Assembly: GCA_018826075.1 (NCBI GenBank)
Contig: JAHKAJ010000012.1
Span: 1 to 61,831, forward strand
Direction: 5' to 3'
Length of the DNA stretch: 61,831 bases
Source of the DNA: Candidatus Omnitrophota bacterium
GTDB lineage: Bacteria > Omnitrophota > Gorgyraeia > Duberdicusellales > 4484-171
The notes beneath the pieces were generated by a model. The model saw only the letters and a program-made list of their open reading frames with translations. It did not search any database and was not told the DNA's origin. Position numbers and translations under genes: made by a program. Numbering within the stretch: position 1 is the first letter of the stretch; the number at the start of each line of letters is the position of its first letter. Below are positions 1 through 8,224 of this stretch, one piece after another.

Positions 1-7
1 ATGAGAA

Positions 8-14
8 CCTCCTT
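8..14 (-). promoter_or_regulatory. Shine-Dalgarno of a minus-strand gene starting at the window edge
   Basis: Minus strand reads AAGGAGG-TTCTC-AT| at the edge, consistent with an ATG at positions 2..0. Confidence 0.45.
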
Positions 15-141
15 GTTTTGTGGCCCTAAGGCCGTTTGTGTATGAGCCTAATCCGGCCAGGATTATGAGCTCGATTTATTATGCACTGGCACAAGGCTAT
101 GAGCAAGGGGGTGTTTTCATGTTATCAATCCAGCCGACCCT

Positions 142-175
142 CTTCGCCCGCCTTTGGCGGGCTTCGTCAGGCAGG
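142..175. repeat. REP-like GC hairpin element
   Basis: CTTCG-CCCGCC-TTT-GGCGGG-CTTCG followed by TCAGGCAGG. GTCAGGCAGG (166-175) is the exact reverse complement of 13690-13699. Confidence 0.6.
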
Positions 176-204
176 TGATTTTTGTGTTAGAGAGCATAAT
201 AAAA

Positions 205-840
205 ATGGTAATATTTATGAAAGCGAGAGTCAAAAGAATTATCAAGCCAGCCTCTCTACTTTTTAAGCATGAAATATCGAAACGGAAAATAAAGCGCCTT
301 TTGAAGGAAAAAAAAGAAATATTCTTAGAGTTCGGAGCTGGAGACAAAAAGGGGGTTGATGGATGGCTGACAATAGATGTGACAAAAAATTGCGATATTT
401 TCTGGGACTTGAGAAAGGGGATACCTTTCCCAAATGAAAGTATCTCCAAAGTATATTCATCGCATTTCCTTGAGCATCTTTCATTTAAAGAAGGGCAAAA
501 GTTCCTGGATGAATGTTTGAGAGTCTTATCAGCAGGTGGAAAATTTTCGGTTTGTGTGCCCAATGCCAAGTTATATATAGAAGCTTATTTGACAAATTCT
601 CATTTAGATACAAACTTGTTTTTCGGTCACAAACCATCTTATAACAATACAACCAAAATAGACTGTGTAAATTACACCGCTTATATGAATGGGCTTCATA
701 AATATATGTTTGATGAAGAAAATCTCATTCATATTCTAAAATCAAAAGGGTTGAAAAATGTGCATCTAAGAAAATTTGACCCCGGCGTCGATCTCAAAAG
801 GAGAGACTTTGAATCTATTTATGCGGAGGCTGAGAAATAG
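205..840 (+). CDS. Class I SAM-dependent methyltransferase (Methyltransf_11-like)
   Basis: LEFGAG motif I, WDLRKGIPFPNESI, YSSHFLEHL. The ORF track start (154) lies in the hairpin repeat; ATG 205 or 217 is more likely. Confidence 0.8.
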   Translation: MVIFMKARVKRIIKPASLLFKHEISKRKIKRLLKEKKEIFLEFGAGDKKGVDGWLTIDVTKNCDIFWDLRKGIPFPNESISKVYSSHFLEHLSFKEGQKFLDECLRVLSAGGKFSVCVPNAKLYIEAYLTNSHLDTNLFFGHKPSYNNTTKIDCVNYTAYMNGLHKYMFDEENLIHILKSKGLKNVHLRKFDPGVDLKRRDFESIYAEAEK

Positions 841-921
841 TGCTTTCTAACAAAGTATTCCGGCAGACAGTTTTCACCCGCCGTTGAGCTTTGTCATTAG
901 GACATTAATTACAAAGTTATA

Positions 922-2709
922 TCAATCTGTCGAGAGATCCTCCGGAACACAAAACATAAGACCCCGTAAAGAGTTACCTATATATACCTTGTCAGCGGTT
1001 AAAAGGTCTTGCCGATAAAGAATTTTTTCTTTGGCTTTACCGGATTTGAGCAGATGTTCCCGCAAAACTCCCGGCAGTAAGCCACAGGCCAAAGGCGGCG
1101 TATAAAGGGTTTTTCCTTTTAAAATAAAAATATTGCTGATCGAGCCTTCGGTCAATTCTCCGCGGGTATTTAAAAAAATAACTTCAAAAAACCCCTGCTT
1201 AAGGGCTTTTTTCCTTTCTAGATCATACCGAGAGCGCTGGGTGGTTTTGTGGTATAAAAACCGGTTGCCGGGATCGATTCGCTGGCTGGCTATCATTACC
1301 CTTGGCCGGCCGGAAATTTCTTCCAAAGGCTTTACCTCCACTTCAACCTTACCCTCTAAATCCAGAAGCAGCCTTACTTTGAACTTACCTTTCTTACTCA
1401 AAGCCGCTTTGTTTAAAGCGGCTTTTATTTTAGCAATATCTAACGGTATTGAGAAATAACCACTCGATCTTTTGATCCGCTCTAAATGCTGATTCAAAAA
1501 ACTATACCGGCCGTTGGCTAAAAGCAGGGTCTCTATCAGTTTTAATTCCGGGAAGCCTTCAACAAAAAATTTAGCCTTTAGTAAAGCTTCCTGATATTCA
1601 GCGCTGCCCAGAGAATCGTACACTATGCCGCCGCCAACCCCCATCTCTCCATGCCCATCTTTGAAGCTAAGGGTTCTGATGGCCACATTAAAACAGCTCT
1701 CGCGCTTCGGAGAGATATAACCGATGGCTCCGGTGTAGATACCGCGTGGCTCTTTTTCCAGCTGATCGATTATCTGCATGGTTTTTATCTTAGGCGCTCC
1801 GGTAACTGAACCAGAAGGAAACAGCGAAGAGAATAACTCTTTTAATCTCAGGTTATTTTTAAGGCGGCCGTTAATAGTCGAGGTCATCTGATGAAGGGTC
1901 CGGTATGGTTCGACTTCAAACAATTTTGAAACCGAGATTTTTTTAGCGATCCGGCCCAAATCATTTCTTAATAAATCCACGATCATGATATTTTCGGCTT
2001 TAGTCTTGGGGCTTAGTTTAAGCTCTTGCTTCAGGCGTTCATCCTCGGCTATAGTTAAGCCTCTTTTTATGGTTCCCTTCATCGGCCGGGCAATGATCTG
2101 CCTGCCGTTGATGCGAAAAAACAGCTCCGGAGATAAAGAAATCATCTGGCTTTGGCCGGTATTGATCAAAGCGGCGTAACTAGAAGGCTGAGAACGGCGT
2201 AAATTAAGATAACAGGCCAAGGGGCTGCCGGAAAAATCAAACTTTACCTTAAAGGTAAAGTTAACCTGATAACTAAAGCCCTGCTCTAAATAGCTTTTGA
2301 TCTTTTTTATCTGTTCCAAATAATCAGAACGGCTGATATTGGGGCGCAGGTTTAGTATCTGATAATTGCCGGCCGGCCCGGTAAAAAACTCCGCCAGCCT
2401 GCCTCTTTTAGAAATGTTTTTTGGTTTTTTCGACACCCCTAACCAAGCCAAAGGCTGCCGGTTTTTTTTAACTAACTTCCGAAGCGCCGGTTCTAGACAA
2501 TAACCAAACTCATAGCTAAAGTAGCCGCTGAGCCAAAAACCTTTATCTAAATAGGCCTCGGCTTTTTTAAAAAACTTTTCAGGATTGTCACCGGGATAAA
2601 ACTTTAGCTGGTCAACAAAATCATAAAACAAAAAGGAGCTACGGTTTTCCTGGTCGAAACGTAAGGTTTCCAAAAATACATAGGGTTGGCTTGGTTTAAA
2701 AAAGTTCAC
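922..2709 (-). CDS. pabB: Aminodeoxychorismate synthase component I fused to class IV aminotransferase/ADC lyase (PabB-PabC)
   Basis: SPELFF, RPMKGT, KAENIMIVDLLRNDLG, FPSGSVTGAPK, AIRT, MGVGGGIV. C-terminal HKTTQR, EGSISNIF, GLLPGVLR. Confidence 0.92.
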   Translation of the reverse strand: MNFFKPSQPYVFLETLRFDQENRSSFLFYDFVDQLKFYPGDNPEKFFKKAEAYLDKGFWLSGYFSYEFGYCLEPALRKLVKKNRQPLAWLGVSKKPKNISKRGRLAEFFTGPAGNYQILNLRPNISRSDYLEQIKKIKSYLEQGFSYQVNFTFKVKFDFSGSPLACYLNLRRSQPSSYAALINTGQSQMISLSPELFFRINGRQIIARPMKGTIKRGLTIAEDERLKQELKLSPKTKAENIMIVDLLRNDLGRIAKKISVSKLFEVEPYRTLHQMTSTINGRLKNNLRLKELFSSLFPSGSVTGAPKIKTMQIIDQLEKEPRGIYTGAIGYISPKRESCFNVAIRTLSFKDGHGEMGVGGGIVYDSLGSAEYQEALLKAKFFVEGFPELKLIETLLLANGRYSFLNQHLERIKRSSGYFSIPLDIAKIKAALNKAALSKKGKFKVRLLLDLEGKVEVEVKPLEEISGRPRVMIASQRIDPGNRFLYHKTTQRSRYDLERKKALKQGFFEVIFLNTRGELTEGSISNIFILKGKTLYTPPLACGLLPGVLREHLLKSGKAKEKILYRQDLLTADKVYIGNSLRGLMFCVPEDLSTD

Positions 2710-2981
2710 GGTTTCTTGTGCTGGATAAGGTATAAATTTCTGGTGTAGATGAGGATTCCGCAGGATTGCCCGGCGATAAATACCGGGTCTTTGCGGTAAA
2801 TAGCGTAAACCAAAAGAATAAGGCCTCCGAGGATACTACAATACCAAAAGCCCAAAGGAATTACACTCTCCTTTTTGCGCTCCGAAGCCAGCCACTGGAT
2901 CAAAAAACGCATAAAAAAAAGAAATTGACCTAAAAACCCCACAACAATCCAAATTGTTTCAGCGCTGGTTGATAACTTCAT
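2706..2981 (-). CDS. Lipid A biosynthesis N-terminal domain (LAB_N) membrane protein
   Basis: GFLGQFLFFMRFLIQWLASE, SVIPLGFWYCSILGG, DPVFIAGQ. Confidence 0.9.
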   Translation of the reverse strand: MKLSTSAETIWIVVGFLGQFLFFMRFLIQWLASERKKESVIPLGFWYCSILGGLILLVYAIYRKDPVFIAGQSCGILIYTRNLYLIQHKKP

Positions 2982-3666
2982 GTCTTGCCATCCTTTTTTT
3001 TAGCCGATACAAACTCCAAAGATCAAACCAACCCTGCCAGAGGCGGCCCCAGGTTCGGTAATTTGATTGTCCGGACTGCCGCTGCCGGTGCTGAACATAA
3101 GTCTCCTTCACTGAAAAACCCTGTAATCTGACCAGAAAGGTAAAAAAACGGTGGAAGTTTCGCAAATCCGAAATAGTTTCAATGATCTCCCGCTTAAACA
3201 TCCTTAAAGAACAACCAGTATCTTCGGTAGTGTCACCCAAAACTAACCGCCTGAATATTTTTGCTACCCAAGAGCTGGCTTTTTTAATAAACCTGTCTTT
3301 GCGGTTTTTACGGATTCCGGTTATGAAATCATAGCTTTGACAAAAAGGAATAAACTGGCTGAAATCTTCCGGCGGATTCTGCCCATCAGCATCTAAAGTC
3401 AGGATCCATCTGCCTTGGGAATTTTTAAACCCGGCCAATAAAGCTTCTGACTGGCCCCGGTTGCGCTCAAAAGAAATCACTTTTACTTTTTGGTCTTCCT
3501 CGACAAGGCCTTTTAAAATTTGTCCTGAGGAGTCGCTGCTGGCATCGTCAACGTAAATAATTTCATATTCAAACCCGGTTTTAGCCATTGCCTCAATAAT
3601 TTCTTTCTGTAAAACCGCTAAATTACCGGCTTCGTTATGCACCGGGACTACTATCGATAAATCCAT
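2959..3666 (-). CDS. GT2 polyprenyl-phosphate glycosyltransferase (DPM1/ArnC/RgtE-like)
   Basis: SIVVPVHNE, YVDDASSD, RNRGQSEAL, TLDADGQNPP, DTGCSLRMF. Confidence 0.9.
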   Translation of the reverse strand: MDLSIVVPVHNEAGNLAVLQKEIIEAMAKTGFEYEIIYVDDASSDSSGQILKGLVEEDQKVKVISFERNRGQSEALLAGFKNSQGRWILTLDADGQNPPEDFSQFIPFCQSYDFITGIRKNRKDRFIKKASSWVAKIFRRLVLGDTTEDTGCSLRMFKREIIETISDLRNFHRFFTFLVRLQGFSVKETYVQHRQRQSGQSNYRTWGRLWQGWFDLWSLYRLKKRMARHEVINQR

Positions 3667-3677
3667 AAAATCTAATT

Positions 3678-5111
3678 TTACCGGTTAACAACCATTAAAT
3701 AAACCTTATAATATTCTTTCTCTGAGTGTTTATATAAAGCCTGCTTTACTGTCTCGGTACGCGAAGCTTTAATCCCATAGTGCGGTAAAATTTCGGCTAA
3801 TTCCTTAGGAACATCATACCACCAGGTATCACCCCAAATAAGCAATATTTTATCAAGCCTCGGTTTGGGCTGTAAGGGCATTCGGTGAGTCAGGACTAAA
3901 GAATCTTTAAATTGCAATTTGATATCAGCGGCTACTGAAGTGTCGCAGGAAAGTACCAGCCCTTGATCGAAGCCTTCGGACCTGATCTGTTTAGCTAGCT
4001 CGGCTATCGGATAATGCAGCCGTTTGTAACCAAAGGTGTCGGGGACTAAGGCGCAAGCGACCATCATCACCGGCAAAGCCAGGGCAAAAATCACAACCAG
4101 CCAACTGTAAATTTTAAGCTTTACACCGGAAATAGTCTTGCCTTTAAGGCGCAAGAATAGATATAAAGGAACGGTGAAAAAAATCAATTGAAGCCATCTT
4201 TCTTCGAAATCGACTATTTTAAAAACTACAACCCAGATGGCAGTAATCAAAATCGCCGCAATAAAAAATCTTTCCAGGAGTTTTTTAAACTGAACGTCAC
4301 TGGCATCAAGTGAGCGGTTTCGGCTAAAGGCTTTGGGAAAAAAGATCAAGAATACTACCAGAAAAGGGCCGAGGATAGCTAAAAGACAAATCAGAAAATC
4401 CAACAACCCTTTGACTTTGTTAGTATCGGCCTGTATTTGGACTAACCTCTGGGTGGCTAGCTTAAGATGCGAACCAAACCAGACAAAATGCGGGCTGCTG
4501 ATCAGCAAAGCAATGATCAAAACTAAAACCATCCGCTTATTGAAAACAGCCTTCCTGAACTCTTGGATAGTTAAGGCAGCGATTAAAAGAGCTAGAATGA
4601 AAATAAGGTAGTTATATTTAGCCAAAATTCCCAGTCCGGCCATAAGCCCCAAAACTAAATAATACTTAAGTTTTTGGGTCTGGATGACTTTTAAAAATAC
4701 AAAGAAAGTTATTGAGCAGACGGCCAAGGCTAATATGGCGTGGGTCAGCTGATGCATTGACTGCCAGCCATAAGTGTAGGTAAGAAATAAAGCTAAAGAA
4801 GCTAAAACTGCATATTTCTCCTGTTTTAGGATCAGCTTTGCGCTTTGGTATAAGAAAAAATAAATTAAAACAAATAAACTGTTTTTAAGCAAAGCTAAAG
4901 AAAAAATATTCAGGCCGAAAACGGTAAAAAATACCTTCTGCAACCACTCATAAAGCGGCGGTTGGGATCCGTAACCTAAACTTAAGTTTTGAGAAAAAAG
5001 AACCTGCTCGGCTTCGTCAAACTCAACTGAATCAGAGATAAAAATCCTTACCAAAAGGTGGATCAAAAAGTAAGCTGCTATCAGGAGAAGAAATTTATTT
5101 TTTTTACTCAT
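3678..5111 (-). CDS. ArnT-like GT-C membrane glycosyltransferase (PMT_2/GT83-like)
   Basis: Polytopic protein with DEAEQ, GYGSQPPLYEW, GILAKYNY and SPHFVW motifs. ATG 5111 overlaps the mutM stop. Confidence 0.85.
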   Translation of the reverse strand: MSKKNKFLLLIAAYFLIHLLVRIFISDSVEFDEAEQVLFSQNLSLGYGSQPPLYEWLQKVFFTVFGLNIFSLALLKNSLFVLIYFFLYQSAKLILKQEKYAVLASLALFLTYTYGWQSMHQLTHAILALAVCSITFFVFLKVIQTQKLKYYLVLGLMAGLGILAKYNYLIFILALLIAALTIQEFRKAVFNKRMVLVLIIALLISSPHFVWFGSHLKLATQRLVQIQADTNKVKGLLDFLICLLAILGPFLVVFLIFFPKAFSRNRSLDASDVQFKKLLERFFIAAILITAIWVVVFKIVDFEERWLQLIFFTVPLYLFLRLKGKTISGVKLKIYSWLVVIFALALPVMMVACALVPDTFGYKRLHYPIAELAKQIRSEGFDQGLVLSCDTSVAADIKLQFKDSLVLTHRMPLQPKPRLDKILLIWGDTWWYDVPKELAEILPHYGIKASRTETVKQALYKHSEKEYYKVYLMVVNR

Positions 5112-5911
5112 TATTTCTGACAGTGGGAGCAAAAACTAGTTCCTCTTCCAGCCAGCTGTATCTTGGTTATCGGGGTTTTGCAGATTAGGCAAGGCTGGCC
5201 CTTGCGGCCATAAACTTTTAACCGCTCCTCCATACCGCCTTTGTCGCCGTTTAAATCCCGATAAGAATCGACTGAAGAACCTTTATATTTTATACCTTCT
5301 CTGAGTACCGCGGTTAATTTAAGGCCCAGCAGTTTTGCTTCCTGGCTGCTCAAACTATTAGCCGGCCGTCGGGGATCGATTTTAGCCAAAAACAAAGCTT
5401 CCTGGGCGTAGATATTGCCTAGCCCGGCGATTAGCGTCTGGTCTAACAGCAAAGCTTTGATCTTAGTTTTTCGGGATTTAAAGATCTGGACAAATTGCTC
5501 AGGGCGTAACGTAAACGGCTCGGGGCCTAAATTTTTTACAAAATTTAAACTCCGCCAATCCTTAATCAACCTTAGTTCACCTAAAAGCCGCTGATCCATA
5601 TAATGCAGAAACTTGCCGTTAGAAAATTGAAAGCTCACCCGAGCTCTTTCCTCCTTGTGGCCATAAATCAACCAGCCGGCAATCCGTAAATGCACCGCCA
5701 GAAATTTATCCGGCCGGAATTTAATGATTAACAGCTTACCCTGCCGAATAACTTCCTTGGCGCTTTCTCCAATCAGACTCTTTTTAAATTTAGCTATCGA
5801 TGGCTCTTTGATGACTTTTGGCTTGCGGATACAAACCGCCACTATTTTTTTATTAAGGATGGTTTTGGTTAGATCTCTTTTGATAGTTTCGACTTCTGGC
5901 AGTTCAGGCAT
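5111..5911 (-). CDS. mutM: Formamidopyrimidine-DNA glycosylase (Fpg)
   Basis: N-terminal PELPEVE (start moved to 5911), H2TH IAGLGNIYAQEALF, C-terminal zinc finger CLIC...CSHCQ. Confidence 0.96.
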   Translation of the reverse strand: MPELPEVETIKRDLTKTILNKKIVAVCIRKPKVIKEPSIAKFKKSLIGESAKEVIRQGKLLIIKFRPDKFLAVHLRIAGWLIYGHKEERARVSFQFSNGKFLHYMDQRLLGELRLIKDWRSLNFVKNLGPEPFTLRPEQFVQIFKSRKTKIKALLLDQTLIAGLGNIYAQEALFLAKIDPRRPANSLSSQEAKLLGLKLTAVLREGIKYKGSSVDSYRDLNGDKGGMEERLKVYGRKGQPCLICKTPITKIQLAGRGTSFCSHCQK

Positions 5912-5921
5912 GAACCCTTTC

Positions 5922-6434
5922 TTATTTGAGGTCTTTGTAAATCCCTTGATAGCCTTCGGTTTCCTCAACCGCTAAAAAAACCAGTTGGGATAGGCGGGCA
6001 TTTTGTTTTATTTTTAATCCTTGAGGATTCTCTACTACTAAAATGAATTCTCCGCGGCCTTTAAACCCAGCATCCCAGACTCCGTGCTGAGTGAAAGCTC
6101 CCATGCGTAAAAGCGATGTCCGGCTGAAGGCTAAAGCAATAAGGTTATTAGGCAAATTAACTGTTTCATTAGTCTTGACTTTATACGCTCCTTTTTTAAG
6201 CTTCCACCAGCCGTATTTTTCCTGAGAGTTTATTTCTTCCGGCATTAACATTTCTGTATCGGGAAGCTGACGTTGTTTATTGGAAAAATCCAAAGCTCCC
6301 GAAGAGACAAATCCGGAAATTTCAGCAACAGTTAAATCAAATCCATTGGGAGTAAGCTGTTGAGCAAGGTCAATATAGCCTTCAATCAGCTTTTCTTTCT
6401 CGATTAACTGCCGGATCTGTTCCTTATTTAACAT
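5922..6434 (-). CDS. Trimeric dUTPase / dCTP deaminase family protein (short, archaeal-like type)
   Basis: LTPNGFDLTV, SRTSLLRMG, VWDAGFKGRG, RLSQLVF, YQGIY. Confidence 0.82.
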   Translation of the reverse strand: MLNKEQIRQLIEKEKLIEGYIDLAQQLTPNGFDLTVAEISGFVSSGALDFSNKQRQLPDTEMLMPEEINSQEKYGWWKLKKGAYKVKTNETVNLPNNLIALAFSRTSLLRMGAFTQHGVWDAGFKGRGEFILVVENPQGLKIKQNARLSQLVFLAVEETEGYQGIYKDLK

Positions 6435-6888
6435 GCAATTTGGCCTTTACCTTAGCAATAGCATCTTTGGCACTAGAGGCTTTTATTACCCCCTCGATAT
6501 CCCAAGTCTCTATCCCCACTACCGGCTTTTTCTCACTCAAAGCAAAGCCTATTTCTGAAAGTGTGCCTTCCTTACCGGTAAAAGCGATAACCGCTTCGGC
6601 CGCCCTCACTACCAAGGCATTGCGGGCAAAACCTAAACCGGTCGGTATTTTAACATCTAAATAAGGATTGGCATCTTTGCCATTATAGCTGGGCAGAATC
6701 CCTACGGTCAAACCTTTAGCTTGTTTTACGCCCTTACAGGCTGCCTCCATTACTCCGGTCCTGCCACCGCAAATTAGAATCCAGCCTTGCCGAGCAATCA
6801 ACTGGCCTACGCTATAGGCAAGGTTATAGATTTTTTTCGAGCAACGGTGCCCGCCGACCACCGCCACATTGATCTTTTCATTTTTCAT
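6424..6888 (-). CDS. TIGR00725 / LOG-family Rossmann nucleotide-binding protein
   Basis: ICGGRTGVMEAACKG, VGILP, TGLGFARN, GTLSEIGFAL. Confidence 0.88.
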   Translation of the reverse strand: MKNEKINVAVVGGHRCSKKIYNLAYSVGQLIARQGWILICGGRTGVMEAACKGVKQAKGLTVGILPSYNGKDANPYLDVKIPTGLGFARNALVVRAAEAVIAFTGKEGTLSEIGFALSEKKPVVGIETWDIEGVIKASSAKDAIAKVKAKLHVK

Positions 6889-6909
6889 TTTGGGTTTTTA
6901 ATTTTAAAC

Positions 6910-6981
6910 TGTCCCTGGCAGGAATTGAACCTGCATCTTTGGCTCCGGAGGCCAACGCCTTATCCGTTAGGCCACAGGGAC
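6910..6981 (-). tRNA. tRNA-Arg(CCG)
   Basis: GTCCCTG acceptor stem, anticodon arm TTGGC-CT CCG GA-GCCAA, GGTTCAATTCC T-arm. CCA not encoded. Confidence 0.95.
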
Positions 6982-6985
6982 AAGT

Positions 6986-8224
6986 TTAAAATAAAGTCAA
7001 TTGTTGCTTTTCTGGCTTCTCTTCTTCCTGGCCAAAAATCTTGATAGTCCCGTATTCGCCATCGTAACCAGGAAGAATTTGGAGTTTTTTCTCTCTCACT
7101 TTCCTTATGCCGACAGCTACTTTCTCCGGCAAGCTGCTGTCTATTTCCCTCTGGCTCATTTTTACCAATAGATTAAATTCTGAACCAAAGCTATTCACTA
7201 AATTCATATACTCGTTGACCACCTGCTTGGCTCCTTTCTTAACCCCTTTGGTCTCGGCGATGATTTCATCCAGTGGCACCAAACTCTTATACCCGATAGC
7301 ACCGGAAGGGATAAAACCTTCCGGCCGGTCAGCCAGTTCTTCTACTCTGGCTAAAACCCCTCTGGTAACTGCCCGGCCGCAAACACTGCAACGGCCGTTA
7401 TGGCTTTTGGTCTCTTTGGGATGCCAGCGCAGATTACAATTGCGATGGCCGTCATAATGGTATTTGCCTTCCTCGGGGAAAAATTCCACAGTATAAAGAA
7501 ATTTGTTCGGGTCTTTTTGCTCTAAAACTTTTTTGATCTCCCAGTAGTCCAGCTGGCAGTTAAACACATTGGCTTCACGGCCAATCCTTGAGGGGGAGTG
7601 CGAATCAGAGTTGGAAACCAATGAATATTTATCCAGTTTGGAAATCATCCAGTTCATTGCCGGGTCCGAGGAAAGCCCGGTTTCCAAAGCAGTTATCTTT
7701 CCAGTATATTCCCCGTAGGCATCTTCCAGGGAGTTAAACCCTGAACTGGAACCGAAAACCGAAAACCAGGGAGTCCAGATATGAGCCGGAATCAACATCA
7801 CGTCCTGGGATATCCGAAAAACTTCCTCGGCTATTTTTTTACAACTCATCCCCAAAATCGGCCTTCCGTCAGAGGCGATATTTCCGTAGGAAGAAAACAT
7901 CTTATTGATCTCATCTACGATCTCAAAAGAAGGGGCCAGCAAAATATTATGGACCCGGTAGGATTTACCGTCCTGAGAAAAAATACTTGATATTTCCGCC
8001 GAAAGGATAAACTGCGTACTTTGATAACTGAAAAGGCCGCTTTTACCCTGAGGTTGTAAATATTTTTTTAACTCCTGAAGCCAGAGATGATGAGTAAAGT
8101 CTCCGGTTCCCAGAAGATCGACACCTTTAAGCTTAGCCCATCGGGCTAAAGCCGGTATTTCCATATCCCGGGAAGTGGCCCGCGAATACTTGGAATGAAT
8201 GTGAAAATCAGCTACAAACTCCAT
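6986..8224 (-). CDS. Endonuclease Q family PHP-domain nuclease (stand-alone, TIGR00375-like)
   Basis: DFHIHSKYSRATS, GTGDFTH, PAHIWTPW, ETGLSSDP, SNSDSHS, GKYHYDGHRNC...CSVC. Confidence 0.88.
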   Translation of the reverse strand: MEFVADFHIHSKYSRATSRDMEIPALARWAKLKGVDLLGTGDFTHHLWLQELKKYLQPQGKSGLFSYQSTQFILSAEISSIFSQDGKSYRVHNILLAPSFEIVDEINKMFSSYGNIASDGRPILGMSCKKIAEEVFRISQDVMLIPAHIWTPWFSVFGSSSGFNSLEDAYGEYTGKITALETGLSSDPAMNWMISKLDKYSLVSNSDSHSPSRIGREANVFNCQLDYWEIKKVLEQKDPNKFLYTVEFFPEEGKYHYDGHRNCNLRWHPKETKSHNGRCSVCGRAVTRGVLARVEELADRPEGFIPSGAIGYKSLVPLDEIIAETKGVKKGAKQVVNEYMNLVNSFGSEFNLLVKMSQREIDSSLPEKVAVGIRKVREKKLQILPGYDGEYGTIKIFGQEEEKPEKQQLTLF

